Shown: piece by piece, positions 17,422 to 26,632 of the stretch
How the letters are laid out: each line of letters begins with the position of its first letter
Position numbering within the stretch: the stretch's first letter is position 1
DNA from: an uncultured archaeon
Lineage (GTDB): Archaea; Asgardarchaeota; Heimdallarchaeia; Heimdallarchaeales; Kariarchaeaceae
Direction: 5' to 3'
NCBI GenBank assembly: GCA_964645535.1
Contig: CAZYCQ010000008.1
Coordinates: 3,013-67,012, forward strand
Length of the DNA: 64,000 bases
Translations under genes and position numbers: made by a program
The notes under the pieces: model-generated
Database searches by the model: none
Seen by the model: the letters and a program-made list of their open reading frames with translations, nothing else
What the model was told of the DNA's origin: nothing

Positions 17422-17871
17422 TTAATCCCCTAAGACCGCTTGGATTTGACGAAGATGAGATTCATTATGTTCAATACATCTTTTTGCCAAATCTTCAAGA
17501 GAAACTTCACCAATTTCAGGATGGAAACCGGTTCTCTTGATTTGTTCCACGGAAAGTCCATCCAATATTAAAGCGAATTTATTACAGAGATGTTGCAAGA
17601 GAGGGATTTCAAGGGACAAGATACTCCGGTCATCTGAACTGAAAGGGTAGGAAGCAAGCATATCTTGGTCAAATGGAACAAGGGTTGGAGTTTCATTGGA
17701 AAGAACCAACAGAACCCTTGATAAATACATGACAGTCGCATCTGTGATATGATGGATCACCTGTGCAACTGTCCACCCACCTTCCTTGACATTATATCCT
17801 TCCTTTCCCTGCACAGCAAAGTCTGCCAGCCGGTCTGCAAAGCTTTTGAATCTTTGGGCGATTTCTGTCAT
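17422..17871 (-). CDS. DinB-family (four-helix bundle, metal-binding) protein
   Basis: 149 aa with WTVAQVIHHITDATVMYL and C-terminal CIEHNESHLRQIQ, matching the His-triad pattern of DinB/YfiT-like proteins. Confidence 0.7.
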   Translation of the reverse strand: MTEIAQRFKSFADRLADFAVQGKEGYNVKEGGWTVAQVIHHITDATVMYLSRVLLVLSNETPTLVPFDQDMLASYPFSSDDRSILSLEIPLLQHLCNKFALILDGLSVEQIKRTGFHPEIGEVSLEDLAKRCIEHNESHLRQIQAVLGD

Positions 17872-17982
17872 GAACTCCTGTCATCGATTGAAAATTTAAC
17901 ATTTGACCTTTCCCCATATTTGTTTTTATTTTTTAATCAACTGTTCCCAATAGGCTCAAAAACAGATGCAGCGTTGAGATAA

Positions 17983-18420
17983 TTGCACATGAATAATAGA
18001 ACATATTCAATTTGGTTTTATGCAGCAGCAATGTATAATCTGTTATGGGGGACATTAAACATTTTTTTCCCCAAGGCAATTTTTGTTTTTTTGGCGATAA
18101 AACCTCCTGAAACACCTTATTGGCAAGTTGTAGGAATGTTTGTGTTGATTTATGCCCCAGCTTACTTTTGGGCAGCACGATATCCAAATAGGCACTGTCA
18201 TTTAATTTTCATTGGTGCTTTGGGAAAGACGCTTGGTTCCATTGGCTTTCTTTGGGCCTATATTACAGGAACCTTGCCATTGGCATTTGGTATAGTCAAC
18301 ATCTTCAATGACCTTATCTGGCTTCCGATATTCTTCATTTACCTGAATGAGAAAAGCAGGAGCATTGGAATAAAACAATTTCTTTTGGGAAAAAATGAAC
18401 CTAGGGGTCAAAAACGATAA
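17983..18420 (+). CDS. small integral membrane protein (4 TM), function unknown
   Basis: 145-aa ORF with aromatic-rich hydrophobic helices (IWFYAAAMYNLLWGTLNIFF, VVGMFVLIYAPAYFWAA, LIFIGALGKTLGSIGFLWAYI, LAFGIVNIFNDLIWLPIFFIY). Confidence 0.5.
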   Translation: MHMNNRTYSIWFYAAAMYNLLWGTLNIFFPKAIFVFLAIKPPETPYWQVVGMFVLIYAPAYFWAARYPNRHCHLIFIGALGKTLGSIGFLWAYITGTLPLAFGIVNIFNDLIWLPIFFIYLNEKSRSIGIKQFLLGKNEPRGQKR

Positions 18421-18444
18421 ATCAAGTAGTCCTATTGAAGAAAC

Positions 18445-19407
18445 GTGAAACTCTTTATCGCTGGAGGAACCGGAGTAATTGGCAAGCGTCTTGTTCCTCG
18501 ACTTGTTGAAAATGGGCACCAAGTTGGTGTTCTCGCAAGATCTGAAGAAAACATAAAGATAATCAGGCAGATGGGTGCAATACCAAAGAAAGGGTCTCTT
18601 TTTGATACTGAAAGCCTGAATCAAGCCACGAAGGATGTCGATGTAGTTCTGCACCTTGCTACATCAATTCCACGAAAAAACAAGACCTCTCCAAAAGATT
18701 GGGAGATGAATTCAAGGCTACGCATTGAAGGAGCCATGAAACTGATGGATGCTGCCAGCAAAAATGAAGTGGCACATTATATCCAACAGAGTGTCACCTT
18801 TGCTTATGGTCATCGCATAGAACCAATAAATGATACAATTCAGCCAGAACTTCCGGTTCCAACCAAGGTCAAACTTCCTCGTAAATGGCAGGAAGTCATA
18901 GACAATCCAGTCCATATGGAAAATCAAATTGCAACGAAGGCAGAACAAGTCAGTCTTGACTATACCATTTTGCGATTTGGATGGTTCTATAGCCATGATT
19001 CAGCAAATATCCAAGACATTCATGCAGGAAATTTTGCACACATATGGGGAGAAAATCCCTTTTGGAGCATGATCCATGTAGATGATGCAGTTGCAGCCAT
19101 TCATGCCACAATTGAGAAAAAAGACAAAACAGTCAATCAGGCATTTAATGTGGTAGATAATCAGCCAGTTCAAAGTCGAGAATTTTTGGAATATACAAGG
19201 CAACAATTCGGAAAAAGTCCATTGAAGAAAGTCCCAGGACTTCTGGTCCGTCTACTATTTGGTCCTTATTCACTTAATTTTCTGACATCATCGCTACAAG
19301 TTTCAAATAGAAGGTTTAAGCAGGTCATGGACTGGAAACCAATGTTCCCAACATTTAAGGAGGGGGTGGAAGAAGCAGTCGATAAATTTCTGAAACTTAA
19401 TGCCTGA
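18445..19407 (+). CDS. NAD-dependent epimerase/dehydratase (extended SDR) family protein
   Basis: N-terminal Rossmann motif KLFIAGGTGVIGKRLVPRLVENGHQV. GTG start. About 320 aa, typical of extended SDRs. Confidence 0.8.
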   Translation: MKLFIAGGTGVIGKRLVPRLVENGHQVGVLARSEENIKIIRQMGAIPKKGSLFDTESLNQATKDVDVVLHLATSIPRKNKTSPKDWEMNSRLRIEGAMKLMDAASKNEVAHYIQQSVTFAYGHRIEPINDTIQPELPVPTKVKLPRKWQEVIDNPVHMENQIATKAEQVSLDYTILRFGWFYSHDSANIQDIHAGNFAHIWGENPFWSMIHVDDAVAAIHATIEKKDKTVNQAFNVVDNQPVQSREFLEYTRQQFGKSPLKKVPGLLVRLLFGPYSLNFLTSSLQVSNRRFKQVMDWKPMFPTFKEGVEEAVDKFLKLNA

Positions 19408-19971
19408 TCAGTATGCAAGTTCAGCCCAGCGAAAACAATCCATCGTATGATCATTCACCATACCAGTTGCCTGCATGAATGCATAACATATGGTAGGTCC
19501 TACAAACTTGAATCCTCGTTTTTTTAGATCTGCACTCATCTCAACAGAAATAGCGGACTGGGAGGGAAGTTCTTTTTGGTTCTTGAATTCGTTCACAATT
19601 GGTTCCCCATCTACAAATGACCAAAGATAGGTGCTAAATGAACCCATGTCTTTTTGAACTCGAAGAAAAGCCCTGGCATTTTCGATAAAAGCCTTGATTT
19701 TTAGCCTGTTGCGAATAATTCGCTCATCTTTAAGGAGCATTTCAACTTTTTTTTGATTATATCTCGCAATTTTATTTGGGTCAAAATTGTCGAATGCCTT
19801 CAAGTATCCAGTCCGCCTGTGGAGGATGGTTCGCCAAGAAAGACCGGCTTGAGCACCTTCAAGACAAAGGAATTCAAACAATTTTTGATCATCATATAGG
19901 GGAACTCCCCACTCAGTATCATGATATGCAATCATTATGTCATCAGATCCAGTCCATTGACATCGTTTCAT
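19408..19971 (-). CDS. tag: DNA-3-methyladenine glycosylase I
   Basis: MKRCQWTGSDDIMIAYHDTEWGVPLYDDQKLFEFLCLEGAQAGLSWRTILHRR plus the C-terminal FVGPTICYAFMQATGMVNDH are characteristic Tag motifs. Start set at the internal ATG (19971); the longer ORF-track version overlaps the upstream gene. Confidence 0.85.
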   Translation of the reverse strand: MKRCQWTGSDDIMIAYHDTEWGVPLYDDQKLFEFLCLEGAQAGLSWRTILHRRTGYLKAFDNFDPNKIARYNQKKVEMLLKDERIIRNRLKIKAFIENARAFLRVQKDMGSFSTYLWSFVDGEPIVNEFKNQKELPSQSAISVEMSADLKKRGFKFVGPTICYAFMQATGMVNDHTMDCFRWAELAY

Positions 19972-20011
19972 ATAATTCTGGGAGAATAGATTGTTAAAAA
20001 GGATTTTTGAG

Positions 20012-21073
20012 TTATGAGCCAATGACATTCTGAAGAACAAGAGCATCCAATCTCCCAACCACTTCAGGATCTGGAAGAGAGGGGTCATAATTTTCCTTGG
20101 TCAAAATCTCAAGTATTTGTTGGTTAAGTTTTTCGAAGAGTTGTTCTGTCTGTGCATTGACTTCATTTACAAGCATTGCAAAGAGAAAACGACCTTCCTT
20201 TCTTGACAAAAGAATTCCATTTTCAGTTTCTATTTTATCAAGGGTTCCAAGTTTGAGTTCTTCGTAAGTCATGGTATTGATGGCGGTCAGAAAACCAGTA
20301 ACCAAATCAAGAATATCTGAAGGGATATTTGGATTGAGTTTTTCAGTGAGAACAGGGAGTCCAGTTTCTTCATAGACCAAATACATTTGCATGTCTCCGT
20401 TTCCTGAAAAGATGATTTCTTGAGGAGTGATCACCACAACAACGATTGCAACTACCTCAGGGACAACAAACAATTCATTCAATGGAACCAAAAGTTCACT
20501 TGCAATATAAACAATCAACATCAAGGCCTCAAAAGGATAAAGGAGAACCTTACGTCGTAATTGGGGAGTCATGTAGGCCCATTTTGAAAGAAGTGACAAT
20601 GATTGTGAAAATAAAACACTTGCATAAATCAAAGTGGCGAGAACACCAAACGTTATGGTAAATAGAGATATGGCAAAACCATTTAAGCTGACATTCTTTG
20701 CTTTGATTGCATCAAGAAGTGAGATATCCGAGAATATGACAATCAAAATCATAGGAGCGATACTCAAAAGAGCTGCAAGCATTGATTCAAAATATTCCTT
20801 TTTGGTAACCTTTGAGACAAAGCCTGCGACCAAGAACGTCCCTGCAAGCATGAATGTCGTGACCTCAATTTTTTCAAGAACTTCATGCGCGAAACCGGTC
20901 AAGCCCAAGGCAGAGTTTAAGCCGTCTGCAAACTCATCCATCCCATGGGCAAGTGCGAAGAAGATCCATACATAGCCTTTGTCAAATTTATTGGATCTCT
21001 CCTTGAAATAGATGAGAATTCCAGCAAGCAGGTACAAAATCCCTCCCGCAATCAAAATAATCCCCATTGGCAT
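20012..21073 (-). CDS. multi-pass membrane protein (about 7 TM) with a C-terminal cytoplasmic longin/roadblock-like module
   Basis: The N-terminal ~225 aa are hydrophobic helices. The C-terminal ~125 aa (MQMYLVYEETGLPVLTEKL...DLVTGFLTAINTMTYEELKLGTLDKIETENGILLSRKEGRFLFAMLVN) share the signature helix and strand pattern seen in the proteins at 52.8-58.4 kb and 63 kb. Confidence 0.6.
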   Translation of the reverse strand: MPMGIILIAGGILYLLAGILIYFKERSNKFDKGYVWIFFALAHGMDEFADGLNSALGLTGFAHEVLEKIEVTTFMLAGTFLVAGFVSKVTKKEYFESMLAALLSIAPMILIVIFSDISLLDAIKAKNVSLNGFAISLFTITFGVLATLIYASVLFSQSLSLLSKWAYMTPQLRRKVLLYPFEALMLIVYIASELLVPLNELFVVPEVVAIVVVVITPQEIIFSGNGDMQMYLVYEETGLPVLTEKLNPNIPSDILDLVTGFLTAINTMTYEELKLGTLDKIETENGILLSRKEGRFLFAMLVNEVNAQTEQLFEKLNQQILEILTKENYDPSLPDPEVVGRLDALVLQNVIGS

Positions 21074-21179
21074 GATTCCAGATAATCATTCAATATATAT
21101 ATATCATTCCTAGTAATAGTTGCCCATTCTGTTTTAATTGAATAAATTTGCGGATAGGTCTATATTATATTAAACTCAG

Positions 21180-22352
21180 GTGAATCCAATTATGGTAGAA
21201 ATAAAGCGGATTTCAGGTGATGAATTACTCCAGAAGGAGATATTGACAAACTATGCGTTTTCAAAGTCCCCTGTGGATGTAGAGAAGAAATTCGAAGAAA
21301 CAAAGAAATACTATGGAGAAGACATTGTTCTCGCAGCCTATAAAAATGGGAAGGCTATTGCAACCGTCACAATCATTCCCATGATGCAAAATATCAGAGG
21401 AAAGATAGTGAAGATGGGGGGAGTTGCAGCTGTTGCTACAGATCCGGAATTCAGGAGACAGGGATTCGCAAAAACCTTGATGAAAAAGGCATTTATCGAG
21501 ATGAGAACAAGACAGGTTCCGATTTCAACACTTTATCCATTCAGGGAAAGCTTTTATGAAAAGCTCGGATACGCGACATTTCCCCAAGCATCACAAATAA
21601 CGTTTTCACCAAACAATGTATTTATGAAAGTGAAACCAAAAGGTAAGATCGTTCGGGAAAAAATTGGGGATTGCATAGACAGATTTATTGAATTCAATAA
21701 AAAATATGTCCAAGAGACCCATTCAGCGACCATTTTTCAAGATCTCAGAATGGGAATGCTGGTCGAAACACCGGTTTGGGTAGCATGGGCGATGGTCGAT
21801 GAAAAACCCCAAGGAGTCATGCACTATACCATTTCAGGTTTCGAAGGAACATTAGACGTAAAGAAATTCATGTATCTCAGCTCAGAGGCAAAATATACGT
21901 TATTGGAATTTTTGGGTCGCCATAGGGATCAAATATCCGAAATTAGGATGACAATCCATCATCATGAAAATCCCGAGCTCTGGCTTTCAGATCTTAAATT
22001 ATCTCGATTCAACAGAAAATGGGTGCCTTCGCCCATGGGGAGAATTATCGATCTCATGCAGCTCAACGACATTCCTGCGGGAACAGGCAGGATAGAAGTG
22101 GAAGTAATTGATGAACAGGCACCATGGAATAACGGATCATTTATTCTTGAAACGGACGGAAAATTAAGAGTGGAAAAGGGAGGCAACCCCAAGATCAAAC
22201 TTTCCATCCATGCATTGTCTGCTTTGCTTTTCGGTCAGGCAAACCCCCGTGATTTTGAACAGAAGGGATGGGGAAAGATAAATTCTGCTGTAAGCAACCA
22301 ATTGTTGAAGCTGTTTCCTTCATGTCCGGCATTTGTTGACAAATACTTCTGA
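21180..22352 (+). CDS. Eis-like GNAT acetyltransferase (GNAT domain plus C-terminal SCP2-like region)
   Basis: 390 aa. Acetyl-CoA motif GVAAVATDPEFRRQGFAKTLMKKAF. Length and layout match Eis-type enzymes. Confidence 0.7.
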   Translation: MNPIMVEIKRISGDELLQKEILTNYAFSKSPVDVEKKFEETKKYYGEDIVLAAYKNGKAIATVTIIPMMQNIRGKIVKMGGVAAVATDPEFRRQGFAKTLMKKAFIEMRTRQVPISTLYPFRESFYEKLGYATFPQASQITFSPNNVFMKVKPKGKIVREKIGDCIDRFIEFNKKYVQETHSATIFQDLRMGMLVETPVWVAWAMVDEKPQGVMHYTISGFEGTLDVKKFMYLSSEAKYTLLEFLGRHRDQISEIRMTIHHHENPELWLSDLKLSRFNRKWVPSPMGRIIDLMQLNDIPAGTGRIEVEVIDEQAPWNNGSFILETDGKLRVEKGGNPKIKLSIHALSALLFGQANPRDFEQKGWGKINSAVSNQLLKLFPSCPAFVDKYF

Positions 22353-22353
22353 A

Positions 22354-23481
22354 TCACCTCAGATTTTCAACAACATATTCTTCCAGCTTCTGCAACCCTT
22401 GAGGAAAGTCTGCCCTTCCAAAACCAATCCGAAAGTGACTGTTCCCAAAGCCATACTTAGTGCTTGGAAGAAGAAGGACACCCTTGGTCTTTAGCAGGTT
22501 CAAGCAGAACTGTTCGGCATCGTCTGTAAACAAGCATTTGACAAATCCAATATTTCCCGCCTTTGGTTCAATCCAATGAAACAGATCAGAATATTGTTTC
22601 ATGAACTTTTTTAAAAGCTTTAAATTTGATTTTGCAATTCCTAGATTCCGTTGAAGAATTTTTTCATGCGATTGAAGGGCAAGAGTGGCAAGGAATTCAG
22701 AGGGAGCACTATTGCAAATTGTGGTATAATCCTTGAACGCCTCTATTTCAGCCATAATTTCGCGGGATTGGGTGGCGATCCAACCTATTCGAAGACCAGG
22801 GAGACCTAGTGGTTTCGACATGACACCTAATGAGATGCCTTTTGGATAAAGATCCGCAACAGTAGGAAGTCGTGAATTCAAAGAATGCTCACTTAGCCGG
22901 TAAACCTCATCGGAAAATAGGAATAGATCATTGTTCCGGCAGATTTCAATTAATTTGTCCAAATCATTGCGGGTGGGCAGATATCCAGTTGGGTTGTTGG
23001 GATGGTTCACCATTATGGCCCTAGTGTTCGATTGTATCAGATCCGGTAATTTGTTGAAATCGGGACTCCATTGGTTCTCTTCTTCAAGCATCCAATAGCT
23101 TATTTCAACCCCATTGGCTTTTGCAATCTCATAAAGGGATTGATAACATGGGAACTGAACGATAAGGTGATCCCCCTGCTGAAGAAAACCGGCCATGAAT
23201 GCAAATATTCCCTCCTCAGCCCCAGAAAACACCAAAATTTGATCTTCCGTGATGCTTGAGTATAATCTGGAAATCGATTTCCTCAATTGAGGGTCTCCTT
23301 TTGATTCAGTATAGGACAACTTCAATCCAAGAAAACGCGAAAGATTGGATTCAAATTGTCCATCAAGTTCCAGCACTTCCCGGATAGTGAAACTTTCAGC
23401 ATCTGATCCAGAAAGCATGTAGGGAACTGAAAATTCAAATTCCGCAAAAAAACGCTCAATGAGGAAAGGAGATATTTCCAT
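22354..23481 (-). CDS. class I/II PLP-dependent aminotransferase
   Basis: PLP-lysine context GVMSKPLGLPGLRIGW, NPNNPTGY, and DEVY. Start set at MEISPFLIERFFAEFEF (ATG 23481), which leaves a divergent promoter region. The ORF-track start at 23673 is possible but less likely. Confidence 0.8.
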   Translation of the reverse strand: MEISPFLIERFFAEFEFSVPYMLSGSDAESFTIREVLELDGQFESNLSRFLGLKLSYTESKGDPQLRKSISRLYSSITEDQILVFSGAEEGIFAFMAGFLQQGDHLIVQFPCYQSLYEIAKANGVEISYWMLEEENQWSPDFNKLPDLIQSNTRAIMVNHPNNPTGYLPTRNDLDKLIEICRNNDLFLFSDEVYRLSEHSLNSRLPTVADLYPKGISLGVMSKPLGLPGLRIGWIATQSREIMAEIEAFKDYTTICNSAPSEFLATLALQSHEKILQRNLGIAKSNLKLLKKFMKQYSDLFHWIEPKAGNIGFVKCLFTDDAEQFCLNLLKTKGVLLLPSTKYGFGNSHFRIGFGRADFPQGLQKLEEYVVENLR

Positions 23482-23677
23482 AGAAAAGGGTAAATTTTCA
23501 GAATTTAAGACATTCGGTGTTCCAATAACAAGTTGATTTAAAGAAGCCGGTGTACTTAGACATCCCTCAGGATTGTTCAACCGGAGATCATGTAGAAAAA
23601 CATAAACACCTAAATTTTCGTGCATTATGCAGTGCGTTTCTCGATAAACAAAAATATCGGGGAAAGGAAACAATGCT

Positions 23678-24121
23678 ATGAAAACTATAGTGGATGACTT
23701 TCAGGTGCGGAAAGCAGTTCCGCAGGACATCGAGCCCATTCTCAAAATTGAGGAGGAATTGGCAGGGAGGAATCCAATGCTTGAAACGAAGATTTTGAAG
23801 ATGCTCGAGGATGATAGCTCATATTTTCTAGTGGCGACTGTCAAGGATGAAGTGATTGGATATGTAGGAGGAGTGATTAGAGACGTTGAATTCGGTGAAA
23901 AGGATCCGATAGGATATCTCACCCATGTAGGATTAAAAAAAGAATACATGAACAAAGGAATGGGAAAGATCATGGGGGATCGGCTGATCAATGCCATGCT
24001 TCCAAAATGTTCTACATTCAGGACCCTTTTGTCATTCGAGAGGAACGATCTGCAATCATTTTTCAACCATTTGGGATTCAAACGAACCGATATTCTTGTT
24101 TATGAATTGAAAGAGAACTAG
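23678..24121 (+). CDS. GNAT family N-acetyltransferase
   Basis: 147 aa with LTHVGLKKEYMNKGMGKIMGDRLINAM (GNAT motif A). Confidence 0.8.
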   Translation: MKTIVDDFQVRKAVPQDIEPILKIEEELAGRNPMLETKILKMLEDDSSYFLVATVKDEVIGYVGGVIRDVEFGEKDPIGYLTHVGLKKEYMNKGMGKIMGDRLINAMLPKCSTFRTLLSFERNDLQSFFNHLGFKRTDILVYELKEN

Positions 24122-24144
24122 GAAAATTCTGCAACGCAAAATCA

Positions 24145-24690
24145 TCAATCAATTTCAAGACCCATAAGAATTGTATCCACAAATTCGCCATCGATCATCA
24201 TATCTCGGGTAATAATTCCAACCCGTTTGAATCCCATTTTCTCATAAAGACCGATTCCAGCAGTATTGTAGGTGGTCACACGAAGGTTCATTTTTCGGAT
24301 GATCCCTGTATCTTTTGCCCAATCTATCAAGGCTTGGAGCATGGCTTGTCCAATTCCATGCCTCCAATATTTTTTCTTGACTGACATCCCCAATTCACCA
24401 GTGTGGCGGAATCTAGGACGTTGGCTACTTGCAAAATTAGCCATTGCGACCAATTCATCATCGATGAAGCCGAGGAGGAAAACCATATTGTCTGCTTGCA
24501 GATAACGGGAAACTATTTCTCGTTCTTGTTCAGGAGTTACATTGAATTCACCAGGACCAAAGCCAGTATTTTTTGATTCTCCAGAAACTATCTCAATATA
24601 TTCAATCATCTTTTCGGCGTCATCTGGGAGTGCTTCACGGATCTGGAGAGTATGGTTTTTTACAGGAACCATACGTTGGAAAACCATCAA
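24145..24690 (-). CDS. GNAT family N-acetyltransferase (RimJ/RimL-like size)
   Basis: 181 aa with LGMSVKKKYWRHGIGQAMLQALIDWAK (motif A) and RKMNLRVTTYNTAGIGLYEKMGFKRVG. Confidence 0.8.
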   Translation of the reverse strand: MMVFQRMVPVKNHTLQIREALPDDAEKMIEYIEIVSGESKNTGFGPGEFNVTPEQEREIVSRYLQADNMVFLLGFIDDELVAMANFASSQRPRFRHTGELGMSVKKKYWRHGIGQAMLQALIDWAKDTGIIRKMNLRVTTYNTAGIGLYEKMGFKRVGIITRDMMIDGEFVDTILMGLEID

Positions 24691-25077
24691 CCACTAGAAA
24701 CACCAGCCTTGATAAATCTTTTTCGTTACGGCCTGCCAAGATTTTGTTTCTCAGGAGTCTGACTACCAGGCAGGACATGAAGAAGATTAATATTCTTATT
24801 GAAAAGATGACAACGCAAAAAGAAAGAGAGCAGCTGAGTTTTGAAACCTGAAAAATAACCCATGATTTCGATCAGAGAGTTTACGTTTAGGGATAATTAT
24901 ATGCAAAACAATTGTTACATTTGTAGACTGCAAAAGTGACAGAAGGTATTCCAACATTAAATGTTTCCACCTATAATAATAGAAAAAATCAATGATCAAA
25001 AGATTAAAAGAGAGCACCATGTCAGAATAAACGCCATATCCAAAAGTTTATGAAGTTATGGAAAAATAGAAATTTTT

Positions 25078-25086
25078 TTTTTATAA
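25078..25086 (+). promoter_or_regulatory. TATA-like box (TTTTTATAA) 20-28 nt upstream of ATG 25106
   Basis: A poly-T run followed by TATAA, at the spacing of an archaeal-type promoter. Confidence 0.3.
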
Positions 25087-25105
25087 CCCATTTTTAGGTC
25101 GACCC

Positions 25106-26203
25106 ATGCCAACACATAACCTGTATCCAAAATTCTTCCTAATTTTTTTGCTAATTATCGCATTTATTTGTTTACCGTTTTTTATTTTTCCAAATTTTGA
25201 ACCACTGGGGATAAAAATTGGTGGATCAGAAGAGGTTAATATAGCGGTTCAAACATTAAAAGAATCTTATGAAGATATTCAGATAATTGATTTTGACATG
25301 TTAAATACAATCCGTGTGGCACTGCAATTAACAAGGCAGGTGGGAGAGATCATTGTTGTTGGGCATGGAACCAATGAGGGAATAATTATGGATGATGGTT
25401 CTATAATTTCTTGGAATAAAATTGCAAAAAGGATAAGGGAAAGTCCAAGCAACGAATTAATCTTTCTTTCATGCAATTCAAAAAATATAGACCAATATTT
25501 ACAGAATAGGAATGTTTTGTCTTTTGAGGGAAATATTGATGTTTTTATCTTAGGTTACTCTGTGAGTGCAAAGTTAAATTATAATAGGGGGTTGATAAAT
25601 GAAGCAAGTAACCTTTTTGCAAAATCTATTCAACGAGGCCTAGATCTCTATAGTGGAAAATCTGAACCAAAACTTCTAGGAGGGTGTTGGTATAATCCTT
25701 GGATGACTTATGAATATGGGAGATCTGGGAGGTTATGTAACACCGAAAAAATGTGGGATTTTGGGAATTTAGTAATGCTAATTTTAGGTTTATTTTTTAC
25801 AGCATCACTTCCTATACTCGTGCCATATATTGGTGGAACAATATACCTCGCTAAGGTAGACCTTTTTACAACAGGTGCAAATTTAATCGGAATGCTAAAT
25901 GGTGATATTAGCCAAGTTGCTGCAATCGGAGGTGCGCTTGTTGCATTCATTCCGCCTTTAGTAAATTATGTTATAGGCTACTTAATTCCTCGCCTTCCAT
26001 GGTACAAGCAAGCAGGAGTTTTAATTGATGTTTCAGCGCAGGGGGTGGCAATCACAGGCTCTGGAGGAGCGGTTATTGCACTAAAGGCAGCCTTGTTAAT
26101 CAGCCAAATTCTTCCATGGCTCTGGTGGATTGCAGGAACTTGGAGTGATATTACAGATTGGGATGATATTGCAAATATGCCAGCATTTATCTTTGGTGGA
26201 TGA
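25106..26203 (+). CDS. membrane protein with an extracytoplasmic domain carrying a clan-CD (caspase/gingipain-like) His-Gly ... Cys signature
   Basis: N-terminal TM FFLIFLLIIAFICLPFFIF. Then EIIVVGHGTNEG (His87, codon 25364-25366) and ELIFLSCNS (Cys123, codon 25472-25474), each preceded by a hydrophobic strand and 36 residues apart. The C-terminal ~170 aa are Gly-rich TM helices. Confidence 0.5.
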   Translation: MPTHNLYPKFFLIFLLIIAFICLPFFIFPNFEPLGIKIGGSEEVNIAVQTLKESYEDIQIIDFDMLNTIRVALQLTRQVGEIIVVGHGTNEGIIMDDGSIISWNKIAKRIRESPSNELIFLSCNSKNIDQYLQNRNVLSFEGNIDVFILGYSVSAKLNYNRGLINEASNLFAKSIQRGLDLYSGKSEPKLLGGCWYNPWMTYEYGRSGRLCNTEKMWDFGNLVMLILGLFFTASLPILVPYIGGTIYLAKVDLFTTGANLIGMLNGDISQVAAIGGALVAFIPPLVNYVIGYLIPRLPWYKQAGVLIDVSAQGVAITGSGGAVIALKAALLISQILPWLWWIAGTWSDITDWDDIANMPAFIFGG

Positions 26204-26632
26204 TAGCGGTTTTTAATGATATTTTTTTACAGGATGGTTGTTTCTTAGTTTCCATCTGCTGTTTCAATTTCCTCTGATGTCTTTGATTTTATGGATGGAT
26301 GTTTTCATAATGAGTATGGAATATGGGAGGTTGTGAGGAGTTTCTTCTTTGACTTAAGGTAAGGAATTGTATAAACAATACTAATGGGGATTGTTACCAT
26401 TTGAATCGGATCGTATAATTGGATGTTTTTTAAAATTGTCCGATTTTTAATCCTTCATAGGTAATCTAAATTATTTGGGAGGAGATCAGCATTTGTGTAG
26501 ATTAACCTTCTCCAAAGAAATATTAATTGCACTTTTTCTCGATAACTCGTAAGCCTTACCTTTAAAAAATATGGGATTCGATTGATGATATAGTAAAGAT
26601 AGAGAGTTTGTTGGTTATAAAAAAGATGTAAA

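Noticed and set aside
19972-20088. N-terminal 39-codon extension of the Tag ORF
   Set aside because: The extension overlaps the 3' end of the upstream 7TM gene and precedes the conserved Tag N-terminus (MKRCQWTG...). The internal ATG 19971 is preferred.
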